A model generated the notes under the pieces. It did no database searches. It was not told where the DNA came from and saw only the letters and a list, made by a program, of their open reading frames with translations. From Camelus dromedarius (lineage: Eukaryota), in the NCBI RefSeq assembly GCF_036321535.1, contig NC_087437.1, positions 95,172,001-95,236,000 of the forward strand: a DNA stretch of 64,000 nt, read 5' to 3'. The translations under genes were made by a program, and so were the position numbers. Of this stretch, positions 13,136 to 26,020 are shown in pieces (positions within the stretch are counted from its first letter, which is position 1; each line of letters begins with the position of its first letter).

Positions 13136-16100
13136 CCAAGGTGGGTAGACACTCTTCCTTGTGACTCTTCTCACTTTCCTGGACCCAGTGACTTTTCTTG
13201 TTAAGAGTATCTCGGTGTTATCTGGGAAGCCGTGTGCCCAGACCGAGAGGCTGTGTCATAATTGGCTCAGCCAATTTGGGCATTCCCTTTACCCCTTGTC
13301 ATTGATGAAAGACTCAGCCATGACTCCAGGGGTTTACAAAAGGAATTCTGCTCTGGTGCTCCTGGGAAACATTTCCACCCTGTAAGGCAGTGCAAGAAAG
13401 CCTAAAACTCTTACTCATTTCTGTCCTTTGGAGGACACTGTATGAGAATCATGTCTTTCCTGTTAGGCAGTTGCAAGGTTTGAAAGCCTTTTACTCCTGT
13501 TTCTGTCCTTCTGAAGATACTGCTGTGTAACATTGAGATGCTTGCACCTGCAGGAGTCAAAATTTGAGCACAGGGGAGAAACATGGCAAATGAACTTATA
13601 TGAAGAGCTAAAACTAAGAGTCTGGGACCTTGAGGTCATCAATGAGCATAAGAGCAAACTTTAATACCAACAACCTCTGGGTTTCATTACAGTACTCTGT
13701 CACTTGCAGGCAGGTGGGTAGAGTTGACTAGGCCCCCAAAGGCAAATCAAGTGAACAAACCCCAACCAAAGCGATGGTGGTGCACACAGTTGGTGCAGAT
13801 GGAAAATAAGAACTAAGCTGTGAATATGATGAATGACCAAAATACCCATTAAAAGTAAAGTTGTTCTTTGCTTTAAATTAATGATCCATATTTTACACAA
13901 AGTTCTTTTTGTTTTCAGTTGCCAGGGTACCATCTTGTTTTAAACAGCTGTTGAAAGCATCTCAGTTTTTGAAAGAGTGACCAAGAGTTGGTGACCTATA
14001 TATTAAAGTTACTTCTCATTACATTGTGGAACTGTTGCAGACATGAAACACCAACTTTTATGCTTAAAGCTTATTAATTGTGGGTAGAAAACTAAATACA
14101 AATTTTTGAAACGTTTATCACACTCAAAAATGTTGGGTTAAATGGAGAAATTCAATCCCAGAAACATTACATACAAGTTTAATTATTGGGTTACGTTGGT
14201 TAAGTTGGGTTAATTACTGGGTTAGGTTAAACAATGACAAAGGCAGCTGGATTAAAAACTTTTAACTCAAAATATTGAGATCATAACTTTGATTAAAAAA
14301 GATTCTATCATTTGAATTGGATAAATTTCAGTTTCATTGAATTATTTGTTGAAACAGAAAGGTTTCTTTAAAAAAAAAATGCCATGGTGCTTATTTGTAG
14401 TTAATTTTCAGCTTCAAAATTTTAAATAAATAAATAAATTTTTTTACTCTAAAAAGAAATCATTTAAAACTTACTGTTCAATAGGCAAAGCTCATCCTTG
14501 ATCAATATTTTAAGCATTATTTTCCACAAGCTTGCAAAATAAAACTAAGTTTCTAATACAGAAAATGGGTGGTTCCTGTTCTACCTACACTTCTTTAAAA
14601 AAATAAGATAAAAGGCTACATACTTGAAGAGAAGTATTACCTTTTGACATCTCCATAGCCATTGTTCTTGCTTAGCTTTTGTTCCCTGGCTCAGGCTGAG
14701 AATGGGTAATTATAGGTAATAGAAGACAGCTGTGATGTACCAAGTATATTTTTTCCCTTTTTGTCTTGTGCATGAGTGCATACTTCTCTTCCTGCTTCAG
14801 TGTTGTATAAGGCTCAGTTTTCCTATGTTTACTTTATCCTGGAGTTTTAGTTTGAGAATTTTTAACAATCAAATCAGTTATAGTTTTGTTGCTACCTTTG
14901 GATAATTTCTTAAATTATGGATTAAATATAAGATTTCTAATAGTAGACCATTTTGACGGGGAGAAGGGTAATTGCTCTGTGTATCTAAGAAATGATGCAT
15001 TATATTTTAAAAAGACAATAAAATTTTAAATACTCATGAAATTCACTTCAGTTTCTATTTAGGTATCTCATTGGATGATATTGTCCATTTTTAGGGTGCT
15101 TGTTTTTTCAGTTCTAACTCAGACCTTGACATTTTTTAAGTCTCTCAAGAACTCCCAAGTTTGTAGTCACATCCTCTATAAAATTTGGTAATAATTTCAT
15201 TACTGAGTATGTTGCAATGTGTATTATAATAATTTTCTTCTGTGCTCTGGTTCTTCTGGTACATTACTGAAATAAAAATACAATCTTATCAAGTCTTGGT
15301 GGCTCCACGTGTTCCCTTTCCTCTTGTCCTTCTCTCCACATACCTTAAATCAGTGGTAATTGGGTAATTAGCCAGAAATGTTGTCGCCTGAGCAAAGGAG
15401 TAAGAAATGTCTCATTGAACAAAATAATCTTTCTTTGTAGTCATGATTCATTTTTGATATGCTACAACTCTATCAGCAGGGAAACTTTCCTTCCCATTGG
15501 GAGTCTAACAAGCCTTTAAGACAAGAATAGACAGAGAGGTTCTGCTATTAGTCTCAATTCTAAGGCAAATTGGGTTACTCTGCTATAGTCACATTTGCTG
15601 CCTGCACAGCATGACATCTTAAAGATGGCAGAAAATCTTCTGTTGAAGATTTGATGCATAACAAGATAAGAGTTCTATTGTGGGCCACTTGACAAAAATT
15701 TGTAGCTGCTGGCTTTTAAAACAAGCTGGAAGGCATTTCTGGAAGTCTGAAGAGCCCAGCAGGTTATTGGATTTCAACTCCATTTTGATGCAGTGTATAG
15801 ATATCCGGAGCAAAATGCCCTTCCGTGAAGACAAATTTCTGTTTCTGGCTATCAGTTGCATCATGATTCCCAAGCAAATAGCTGAGTAAAAGAAAACATC
15901 CCTTAAAGACTCTACTGCATTCTTGTGATAAATCACAAAAACATTGGTATCAGCTTTCTTAGTCATTCTGCAAGACTATGGTTAAGAATATTTCCAGATG
16001 TGTCTTACTGAGGGGAAGGTAATTTTCTTTCACGCACAAGAGATCCTTTCTTAACATGGAAGGGAAAAAATCAGACACTTTTTTAGGCCTTTGCAGGTGA

Positions 16101-18504
16101 CAAAATTTCAATTTCCTGTATCCTCAGACTGCTAGCGTTTTGCTCCTATCCTATGGGAATGAAGAGAGATAGACTCATAAAACTACAAATACATCTAAGG
16201 TAATATAAATGAAGATGGCAATTTTCCAGTTTCCTGACAAGGTAGCTTCATGGAACGATAATCTAAGGGAAAGAAAAGAATGCACAGGAATGGAACTGAT
16301 TGCTTGGGTTTGCGGTAAAGGAAATATCCCTTGAAATATTCAAGTTAAGAGCAAAAGGAATTTTCTTAATGAGGTACTAAATTGTTCTCCAGGAAAAGCA
16401 GAAACTTCAATGGGTATAATGTCCCAATTTGTCAAACTTAAGCATAGGCCAAATTTTTCAAAGAGAACTGCAAACCTGGTGGGCAGTTTTGTCTTCTTAT
16501 TCTAATCACATTCTTGGTTGGTGGTAACTGAAGCACAGAGGGATCTATTACAGTCTGCGGCTCTCCTGGGTACAGCAATGCTATGTGTAGTATCACAGTT
16601 TGATACCAGTAGGGATCTTTCATGGACTATATTTCTTTTTTTCCTCTTCCATCATCGTGCTATCCCCAAGACATAAATGCAGTATAGACAAAGCCCTATA
16701 TAAACTGTTGTTAGACCTTGCAATTTTAAAACCATTTCAATTAAGATGTGTCTGTATTTACCACTGCAAAACAGGAATTGTATGAGTGAATATTGTAAAC
16801 AATATTAGGACTTCTCAGATTCCCAAATCTATTTTTAGATACCTGGATCACTATGTGGTTCGTGCCTCAGCAGTGCATTATTTAAAAATAAATGTGTGGT
16901 TCTAGGTCTGTATAATATTAGTTTCTTTATTTAAGAAAATATGTGTATATCCAGGGAAATGGCATGGAGTTAGGGAGGTAAAGCAGAGTTCTGCAATATG
17001 TCTATTTGGTAAACAGAGGCTAAACAGCTTTTTTTTAGTGGTAGGATTTGGCAGTCCCCATCTTCCTTGCCTTATTTTAGGTAAAGCATCTTTCTTTGGG
17101 CACAAGTGATCCCAGAACACCTATGGGAAATGCTGCCCTCTACACATTTTTCTTTTCTTTTTTTTTTATCACACATGGAAACATTGTTACTAATAAACAT
17201 AAATTATTTTTCTAATTTTTTGTATTGCTTTTGGTTGGCAAATTTTTGTATTCATTAGCAATATTTTTCCAATAGTTTCTGTCCTTTCTTCCCTTTCCTT
17301 TTTGTTTCTAAATTTAATTACAAGAAGGACAATTTTAAGAAGCATACAAGTAGCATTCATGTGAAAATAATGCAAGATAGAGTTGAAATGTGCTTATTTT
17401 TCAAAATGTGTAATATTCTGTACATGTTTGGTGAGTATAAGAATTTCCAAGAAGCTTTTTTTGTTACAGTTGAATTTGATTGAAGCCATCTGTTATATAT
17501 ACAGATACAGACAGTAAAAGATCTATATCAATATCTTCTATTCGAGAATCATGTTCAACATTTGAATGTAAAGCTAAATATATTTTATACTGGAATGCTG
17601 GCTTGTCAACCAAGGGGTCTTGTCCTGTTGAGTTAGCACATTTTTCCCATCAAACCATCAGTGAATGGAATTTGGTGAGTCTACTAATTCTCTTTTAAAA
17701 ATCAGAATTAATGTCAGGTTTCTTTCCTTTTCCTTTAAAACCATTCCCTAAAACCTTACTCTTAAAATAATCTTCTGTGGCAGAATTTTAATTCTGTGAC
17801 CTTCAGAATAAATTTGTATTGAATGGTTTGTATTGAACCTAGGAAATGCAAACCTAGGATTCTATGTTTGCACAGATACATTTAACTCACTTACTTTGTC
17901 ATCTGGTGAGTTGGCTATAAATTTGTGGTAAAATTAACCCCAAGGTAATTTTATTTGTGAAGCATATTCAATGAATCTCTTTTGACGGCAACTCTCTTTT
18001 TTTTTTTTTTTTTTTTAACCTTGTCTGGTATGAGTTGTGAAATTTAGGAAATCACTGTAATGGAGAAACTTTTGAACTTGTCTGTTAAATTTAAAACACT
18101 GACCAGGATGACTGGTCAGTGCAGAAAACACAGGCCTGGGTATTAAAGTGAAGTTGGCATATGATATGGGAGTTGCCAGGGTACAAAGAAACTCTTAAAC
18201 AGGAGGAAAGTCAGATAGAAATAGAATTTTTTCATAGATGCCCCAATTCTGGAGGGTGAGAGTTGTTTCAGAGATCTAACAAACTAGCCAATACAAATCT
18301 ATGTGAGATCACTGGGAAAAATTGAGGTCTTCCTGAGAAAACAGGTCATTCTGGGTAATAACTGGCATTACTTGCTTGTAGCCATTGAGATTGTAACAGA
18401 TGGCACGATCTGACAGTAGCTGACCGCTGTCTCTAAAACCGTCATAAAATTCAACCAAAATTGACTATTGTGCCTTCCATTGTTTCAAAAACAATTACAT
18501 AACT

Positions 18505-18640
18505 TGGAACACATTGATGAATTCAATCATATTTTAAAATCAGCTCTGTGCTGAGTACTGTTCTAGGTACCAGTGAGGAGTTATAAGCATAAGATACTCT
18601 TCCTAACATTAAAGATGTCCAAATACTTATCAGAAATGTA
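18505..18640 (-). mobile_element. L2 3' fragment
   Basis: attcaatcatatttt...ctctgtgctgagtactgttctaggtacc. Confidence 0.5.
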
Positions 18641-19949
18641 GACAAAACCATAACTGTGTTTTATAAGACAATGTATAATATGTACAGCAAAAAAGAGATG
18701 GTTCCTTAAGCAATTAAGTTTTTGTACGATTCTCTTAGTTTAAAAGTAGAACATCAGATTTATTTAAACTTAAATGAGTAAAGAATATGGTGGTAAGAAA
18801 ATTTTTGCCATTTTGATATTATAATGTACTTGCCAGTTGTGATAAAAATCAAAACAATGTAACATTTTCACCAAAGAAGCTTTCCTACGACATTTATGTT
18901 AATTTTGATACTGCTTGTTATTATTTTGCATTACATTTTGGTACATTTTGTTTCAATTACTTATTTTTCTCTTAAGTACTGCACAAAGGGAACTGTGCTT
19001 GAATAAGCCAGGTCAAATTAATAAGTAAAATGTGGAGACATACATTCTGATCTAGAGTTTCGCACAGGCAGGGAAAACAGTAATGTTCTATCACTCAGAT
19101 AATATGTTACATTCTAAAATAAATGAATGGTAATGCAAAAAATTGGAAGTCTGTTTTAGTAAAGATAATGTCATTGATCACCAAAAAAGTAGCGCTCAAA
19201 TATGAGATGAAACGAAAAACAATAGTCATTTTTTTTTTACCATTTATAATCGTAAAGTTCTTATATTTAAACATCATATGGTAGTGAATTTTTTTAAATG
19301 TCTTGTCTTTTTTTCTTGTTCTTCCGTGAATTTTTTTTTTCTCATTTACAAAAAGGGTTAATTTGGAGAGGTAATGTTTTGAAAAGGCTACAAAACACAA
19401 GAAATGTTCTCTATATGTTGTAAAAAGTTATTAAGATGAGAAGTAGAAGCTCCTTTTACTAATATTATTAGATCCTAAAATGGTTATATTTAATTTAAAA
19501 TACATCTATTAACTTAAACTAATTTTGAAGTGCAGTTAATTTTGCTTCAATATAATTAATTTAGTAGTTAGGGAGCTAATAACTTTCAAACATTATGCAT
19601 TGTTATAAAAAAGTCATATCTTATATATTACCTTTTTTGTCCCTGAAAAATTTATTTGCATGTATATTGTCTTTTTAAAAAATGTATTGAAATTACTAAA
19701 GTATGGTTCTTCATGCATAGGCCTCCCAGGGGATGAGTATATTGATTTATATTTGAATTCCCTCAAATTACTTTGCTTACCCTAGGCAATTAATTAGTTT
19801 TCATTTTAATAAATATTGTGGATGCCAGGATTATTTCTTTTAGCTAAGAGCTAGCAAACGGATCATCCAAGGCAAAGAAAGAAGTTTAGGAAAAAAGTAA
19901 ATGATATTCCTTTATGAGCCATGAAGCCCATTGTTTGTTTTGTTTACTT

Positions 19950-19980
<31 letters not shown>

Positions 19981-20924
19981 GGGGGGGAGGAGCAGGATAA
20001 ATAAGATGGATTATTGTAGTTTGGAAGATAATAAGTTAACATATTCCTCCCAGTGAGGAAGGAGTAAATCTAATTGTGTTCCTAATAAGAAGGGAATTTG
20101 TGAACCAGGTAAGTAGCACCGAATGCAACAAGCAGCCGATCTGAAGGAACTTACACTGTTACGTTGGCAGTAATCTCTTAGCACTGTAGAGACAACAGGT
20201 TGTCATACAATAAATTTTAATTACAGAACATAAAAAGTTATGTTATTCTCAGCCGAATCAGTGTGCCACGGATTCTTCCATACTCTCCCAGATGAGACAT
20301 TCGTCTGTCTAGCATTGCCAAAATGATCTTGCGGGTGGAAAGACCCTCCCATCCCTCAGTCTTCCAGCTCCCAGTAGTTGGACCAGAAATAGCACGCAGT
20401 GCAACGGTGACTGCATTTGGGTATATTTTGGCATATTTCCCTAGCCTACTAACTGAAAGCAGCTGAAATTTAACTGAAAGAACATGGTGGATTGAAACCA
20501 AGCAGATGAAATTTCAGAGTCAAAGAATCCCCTGAAATGAAGAAACTATAAAACAAGTGTAATTTTTGGCCTTAGTCCTGCAGTAACTGGGAGGAACTAT
20601 TGGCTCAGTGGTGGGAGACTACCTCACCCAGCTCCTCATATGTTCCCATGTCTACAGTTGCCCACTGGTGTGACTGACACCAGGCTGTAGTTGGCCGTCC
20701 CTCTGCAGTGGCCTCCCCTTCTGGCATCCCATTGCTCCGATTCTGCATACAGTTTCCTTTCTTCACGTACAGTTCAAATATTTCCTGATTGGCTGCTGCT
20801 TCTTGCACTCAGTCTTAAAAATCTACATGTTTGTAATAAAAATGCAAGTATGGTCTTTATAAAATATGAGAGAGTTTCAGTGGATGTCAGATGCTGTTAA
20901 GGTTCCAAACGGATCAGATGTTGA

Positions 20925-21135
20925 GAATATGAGGTCTCTAAATTAATCACGACCTGTACCATTTACTAGGTGTGAGATACGTGACAAGTTCACTTGTTTT
21001 CTCTCAGTTTTCTCATTTGAATAATAGAGAATTATAGAGACTCTCCTATGGATTCTTTGAAATAATTAAGTGAGATATGCCATATAGAACCTTCCTGACT
21101 CAGAGTAAACATTTAATACTTTCATAATTGCTATG
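20925..21135 (+). mobile_element. MIR SINE
   Basis: ccatttactaggtgtgaga...ctctcagttttctcatttgaataatagag...aattaagtgagat. Confidence 0.75.
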
Positions 21136-21569
21136 TTATTTTTACCGATATTAGCCTCGTATATGCATGGTTAGTTATTTATTCTGAAAACTGTACCTTT
21201 TAGGGGCACATTATGATCTAGCTTTCAGAAGATTAAAATTAGCTTAAATTTCATTCCAGTTCCTTTGGAGTGCAGGATTGGTCCTTGACATTTCCAAACC
21301 AGTGTTTCTTAACTCTCTGGACTAGAGGTTTGGAAGAGAATTTGGGAAAAGGATATATTAGACTTGCCAAGAGGAAAGTATGCCCTGCAAATTCTGGTTT
21401 GTGTATCTTTAACCCAAACCCTACTCTCTGGAAATTGTTGAGATGCTTATATCATATCTCTCAAGTATGTTCAGAGAAGGAAAGAAGCTGGGGACCCTAT
21501 TTATAAGACATTTTAAAATATTTTCACTCGTGTAAACTGAGTCAGGTTTTCTACGTGTACAGAGACTGA

Positions 21570-22042
21570 TCATGTAGATGGTCCTTACTGACAATTCTAG
21601 GCAAGAATCCACTTCTAGGCTCATTCAGGTTGTTGGCCAAATTCAGTTCCTTGTGGCTGTGGTTGTAGGAATGCGGTCCTTGTGTTTTTGCTGCCTGTCA
21701 ATCAGAGGCTGGTCTTTGCTCCTACAGCTCTAGAGGTTGTCTTTATTCCTTCCCTTGCTTTCCTGCCAGCCCCATTCTGCCAGAGCTGGTGGCGTCCCCC
21801 ATCCTTACAGCCTCTCTGACTTCTGCTCTCTCTCTCTGATACTGATCAGGGGAAGTTCTCTGCTTTTAAGGATTCTGTGATTAGATTGGGCCCACCTGGA
21901 TGATTCAGTTTACTCTCCCTATGCAATGTACATAAAGCCTTCATTATATCCTCAAAGCCCCTTTTGTTGTACAAGGTAACGTATTCACACATTCTAGACG
22001 TTAGGGCATGGATGTCTTTGGAGAGCTATTCTGTCTACCACA
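21570..22042 (-). mobile_element. MLT1 (MaLR) LTR, MLT1D/E-like
   Basis: aagaatccacttctaggctcattcaggttgttggc, gattagattgggcccacctgga, aaggtaacgtattcaca, terminus attctgtctaccaca. Confidence 0.85.
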
Positions 22043-22289
22043 CTTGGGTTATTCTAAATCCAAATATTCTAAAATGTGAAAGCTTTAGAGAAACTTTCTC
22101 CTGCTTTCCCCTTTCACTTGTTTAATAGTTTATCTTAAATATCTAAAGGTCTAGGAAACTTCTACTTGGGAAATAAAATCTCTATACTCCTATTTAGATA
22201 TAAGGGGCTCCAGAGAGCTACAAAAGGAGTGTTTTCCTGCAGAGGAAATTGCAGTTATTTCTAATGGGGAGAAAAGTTACTTCTAACAG

Positions 22290-23075
22290 GGAGAGAAAGA
22301 AGATCAAGGAAAGCTTCTTTGAAGAGGTAGCTTTTGAAGTACATCCTAAAGGATGAACAAGGGCAACGTAGTTTTTGTCTTAAGGACTATAAGACTTAAA
22401 AGCAAAGACATATGCTATATTCAGGATGTGTCAGCAGCCTGGGATTCATGGCAATATGTAGAGCAAATGGGATTTTGTATAACCTGGCTAAGAAGTTAGC
22501 AGCTTTGTTCTGTAATAGGAGTCATCCAATCTTTTAGACTGTAGGAAGTAATTGACTGAAAGTCGTATTTTAGACAACGACAGCCTGGTGTCCATGTGAA
22601 GGATGGACTGGAGGCAGAGTACCCACTGGAAGGCTGTTGGGTAGGAGGGAAAGCAGAACACAGGAACACAGTCCTAGAAATGGTAGAAATTATGCAGTTA
22701 TGTCAAGAAACCCTTTCAGGGTGATGGATTGGATGAGTGGTTGATGGTAAACGTAAATGTAGAGCCCGGATATAACACTTTTTAGCCTTGGAAACTGAAG
22801 AAGGTAATGCTGTTGTGCTCAGATAAAGGAGATGTGAAGAACAGGGCTTCTGAGTGAGAAGATGAGGAGTTCGGCTTTGTGCATTTACTACCTTCATGCA
22901 ATTTGAGAAGGAAATCAGGAGGGTTTCGGATCAGAGACATCTATAGGAAATCCGTCAACACCAGTGTGAGAGTCGAGGCGGAAGGATAAGTAAGGTCATT
23001 TGGTGAAAAAAAGTGAAAAAGAACCCCACAAATTTTTTTAGTGAGACTAAGGATAATCCACCTCTGAGGGGAGGT
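22290..23075 (-). mobile_element. L2 LINE fragment
   Basis: ggaaagcttctttgaagaggtagc, gaaggatggactggaggcag, gatggattggatg, gagaagatgaggagttcggctttg. Confidence 0.65.
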
Positions 23076-23219
23076 AGCAAGAATTTAATCGGTCAAGGCA
23101 GTTCAGATGCAGCCACCCAGGATGCTTGGGAGAAGACTTCCAGCACGGATGGCTTCCAAACTAGACAGAGAAATTTGTGCTCTTTTCCCAGTCTCTTCAT
23201 TTCTCCCGATGAAAGCTCT

Positions 23220-23466
23220 GAGGATCTAATGTAAAACAAGGTGACCATAGGTGATTACACTGTATTGTATAATTGAAATTTGTTAAGAGAGTAGAACTTA
23301 AATGTTCCCACACACACACAAAGGTAAATGCGTGATGTGATGTTTAACTAATGGGGGAACCCTTTCACAATGCATATCTATATCAAATTACCACCATGTA
23401 CACTGTAAATATCTTACAATATTATTTGTTACATTTCACTGAAACTGAAATTAAAAAAAAAAAAAG
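23220..23466 (+). mobile_element. L1 3' UTR end (L1MA9-like) with poly(A)
   Basis: gatctaatgtaaaac...actgtattgtataattgaaatttgttaagagagtagaacttaaatgttc...catgtacactgtaaata, ending in an A-tail. Confidence 0.8.
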
Positions 23467-24085
23467 AAGCTAGGGGAGGAATTTGGAGCAAGTGAGAAAG
23501 CGTCTCCTCCAGGAAGAGGTACCATTTGCTAAAGTGGGAAGCTTCAAGCAGTAGAGGACAACCAAAGAGAATACACTGAGGGCCTGGCAGGGACTGAAAA
23601 TTGATCTCTGGCTGAGTTGAGCTGAAATCACTCCACTTGGCATGCAAGCCTCATGGGCTCTGGGCAAGGAAAATGAATCAAGGCTGACTGCTTGGTCCTG
23701 GTTCCAGCCAGTTCAATCTGTGGTTAGGCTAGTTACTTGGGTTAAGGAATCTTTCTTCTTTAAGCTTATTATTTTTGTGCTTTTATTACTATTATTATTT
23801 TGCTTTATTCATCTCCCTTAGTTTCCTGGTAAAGATCCATGGGGAAAAATCCATCATGGTTTCCTGTGAATCAAGGAGAAAGTCTTTAACCACAGTTAGA
23901 CCAGAATAACTAGAGACATCATTATGTTCTTGAAGCAGCGATTCTCTGCATTATTTTCCACTCAAAACACCTCATGAGGTAACAAAAAGTATGATTTCTC
24001 TTCTCTCCTCCAAAAACCTCTGTTCCTTCCAAGTTCATTTAAGCAGACTTTACCTCCCAGTATTCTTCCTCATTGCTATCATATG

Positions 24086-24427
24086 CCGTTGTCTCTCAGT
24101 ATCCTAGAGGGATCAATTCCAGGACAACCCCCCATAACCAAAAACTGCAGATGCTCAAGTCCCTCATATAAAATGGTGTAGTATTTGCATATAACATATA
24201 GACATATCCTCCCACAGACTTTAAAGCATCTCTAGATTACTTACAATACCTAATACAATGTCAGTGCTATGTAAGTAGTTGTAAATACAATATAAATGCT
24301 ATATAAATTGTTGCCAGTGTGTAGTGAATTCAAATTTTGCTTTTTGGAATTTTTTTTCTGAATTATCTTTGACCCATGGTTGGTTGAATTTATGAATTAG
24401 AAACCAACAGATATGGAGGGCAGACTA
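24086..24427. mobile_element. MER2/MER2B (TcMar-Tigger) non-autonomous DNA transposon
   Basis: gatgctcaagtccctcatataaaatggtgtagtatttgcatataac...tctctagattacttacaatacctaatacaatg; degenerate inverted termini. Confidence 0.88.
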
Positions 24428-24429
24428 TA

Positions 24430-24875
24430 CTTACACCCACCAGTTCCTCTCCCTCATGCAGTAATAACTTTGACACCTTATTCATTGATTTTCTTTTAAT
24501 TTCAACATCTGTCACTGTCTCAGAGATTTAAACATCAGATGATCTGTTTGACACTTTGGCTTTTCAACTCCCTGACCACCTTACGTACAATAGTCTTTTC
24601 CTCTACATTTCCTTGGTCCTGTCCTAGATCTTATCACCTCCAAAATTACACTTTCTTTGAAACCTACACTTCAGACTCCTTGTCCTTGAATGTAAAGCCA
24701 TCAGCAAGACTCTACTGAACTCCATCTATAATACTTCTCTCCAACTCTACCAGGACCACCTCACATGAGTTCCTTTCTCCTGCACTACTTCAGAGGTCTG
24801 TCTCTGGTCTTCCTGCCTCTATACGATCTACCTAGAACCCTGCATGGCACAAATAGCTGTTGAATGAATGAGTGG
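24430..24875 (+). mobile_element. L2 LINE fragments
   Basis: gagatttaaacatc, ctagatcttatcacc, gtctctggtcttcctgcctc, terminus tgttgaatgaatgag. Confidence 0.55.
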
Positions 24876-25729
24876 CTTATACAAGTTGAGGAAAAAGGAA
24901 AAGTTGGGGATATTTATTAGCAGTTCCCAGATATGTCCTGAGGTAATTATGGTCAGTCTTTGGCACTCTCTTCATACTTACTTAAGTTGTAGAAAACCTG
25001 ACTTCTAGGCTTGGCCATTCATAGGTATTCCTTTAAGCAGAGTGCTTTGGACACTTTCCATGCTGATTCCAAGTTCCCACTTTCTAAGGATCTGCAGAGG
25101 CTGAGATTCTGGTGAGCATCAGTTGATCACATTGTCAGAGCTGGTCTGTGACCACAGCATACATGACAGCATAGAACGTCAAAAGTCTGCTTTCAGTCCT
25201 GGTGAAGGAGGGGTCTGGGATGACTGAAGAGGTGAATGAAAGAGCTATTTTGAGGTGTTGGGCCTATTTGTTCCTGATTTTCTCTGGTGTGTCCTCTAAG
25301 AGAATGAATATCTCCAGGTCTTCTGGCTTCCCAACTTCAATAACCCTCTCCTTATCAGAGCACCAGTCCGAAAATGCTGCCCCTCCCTGTTTAATGAAGA
25401 AGGCCTATTTGGAGGCTGAGAAAGATGGGATGGAGAGCTGATCTGGCCAGATCAACAGCTGGGAGCTGGAGGCATCAGATATTTCCATCTAAAATTTTGA
25501 CAGTATATCAGGGATGTTTCCTGTGTTTTACATGACAGTTGAACATTTGTCAGAATGCTGACCTTGAGGCATTGTAAGGTTCTGTAACATCATATTTGTT
25601 CAGGATAATCTCTTATCAAAGGTAATCCAGTTTAGAAAGAAATACGGATTTGAAACAAAAAGGGTCTCCTTCAACTGAAGGCCATATGTAAGGTACTGAT
25701 TTAAGTCTTGAAACTTAAAAGAGAGAGGC

Positions 25730-26020
25730 CCCTCCAGCTTCACCAATTAGTAGATGTGTAACATTAGGCAAAATACCTCAAGCCCTTGGTTGTTGTAAAT
25801 TTTAGTGTATATCAGCATTGCCTGAAGGGCTAGATGAAACCAGATTGCTAACCATACCTCCAGAGTGATTCAGCAGGTCTGGAATTGGGTCTGGGAGTTT
25901 GAATTTCTAAAATGTCCCCATTTGATCCTGATGCAGCTGGTCCAGAGACAGCACTTTGAGAACCACTGCCTTAACCGCTTCAAGTCTGTTTTCTCATATC
26001 TAAAGAGAGGAATATCTAGA
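25730..26020 (+). mobile_element. MIR SINE interrupted by MER5A
   Basis: ccagcttcaccaattagtagatgtgtaacattaggcaaa on the left continues as cttaacc...gttttctcatatctaaa on the right of MER5A. Confidence 0.65.
25784..25968. mobile_element. MER5A (hAT-Charlie) DNA transposon
   Basis: tgattcagcaggtctgg...tgatgcagctggtccagagacagcactttgagaaccactg terminus; degenerate 8-bp flanks cctcaagc / ccttaacc. Confidence 0.88.
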
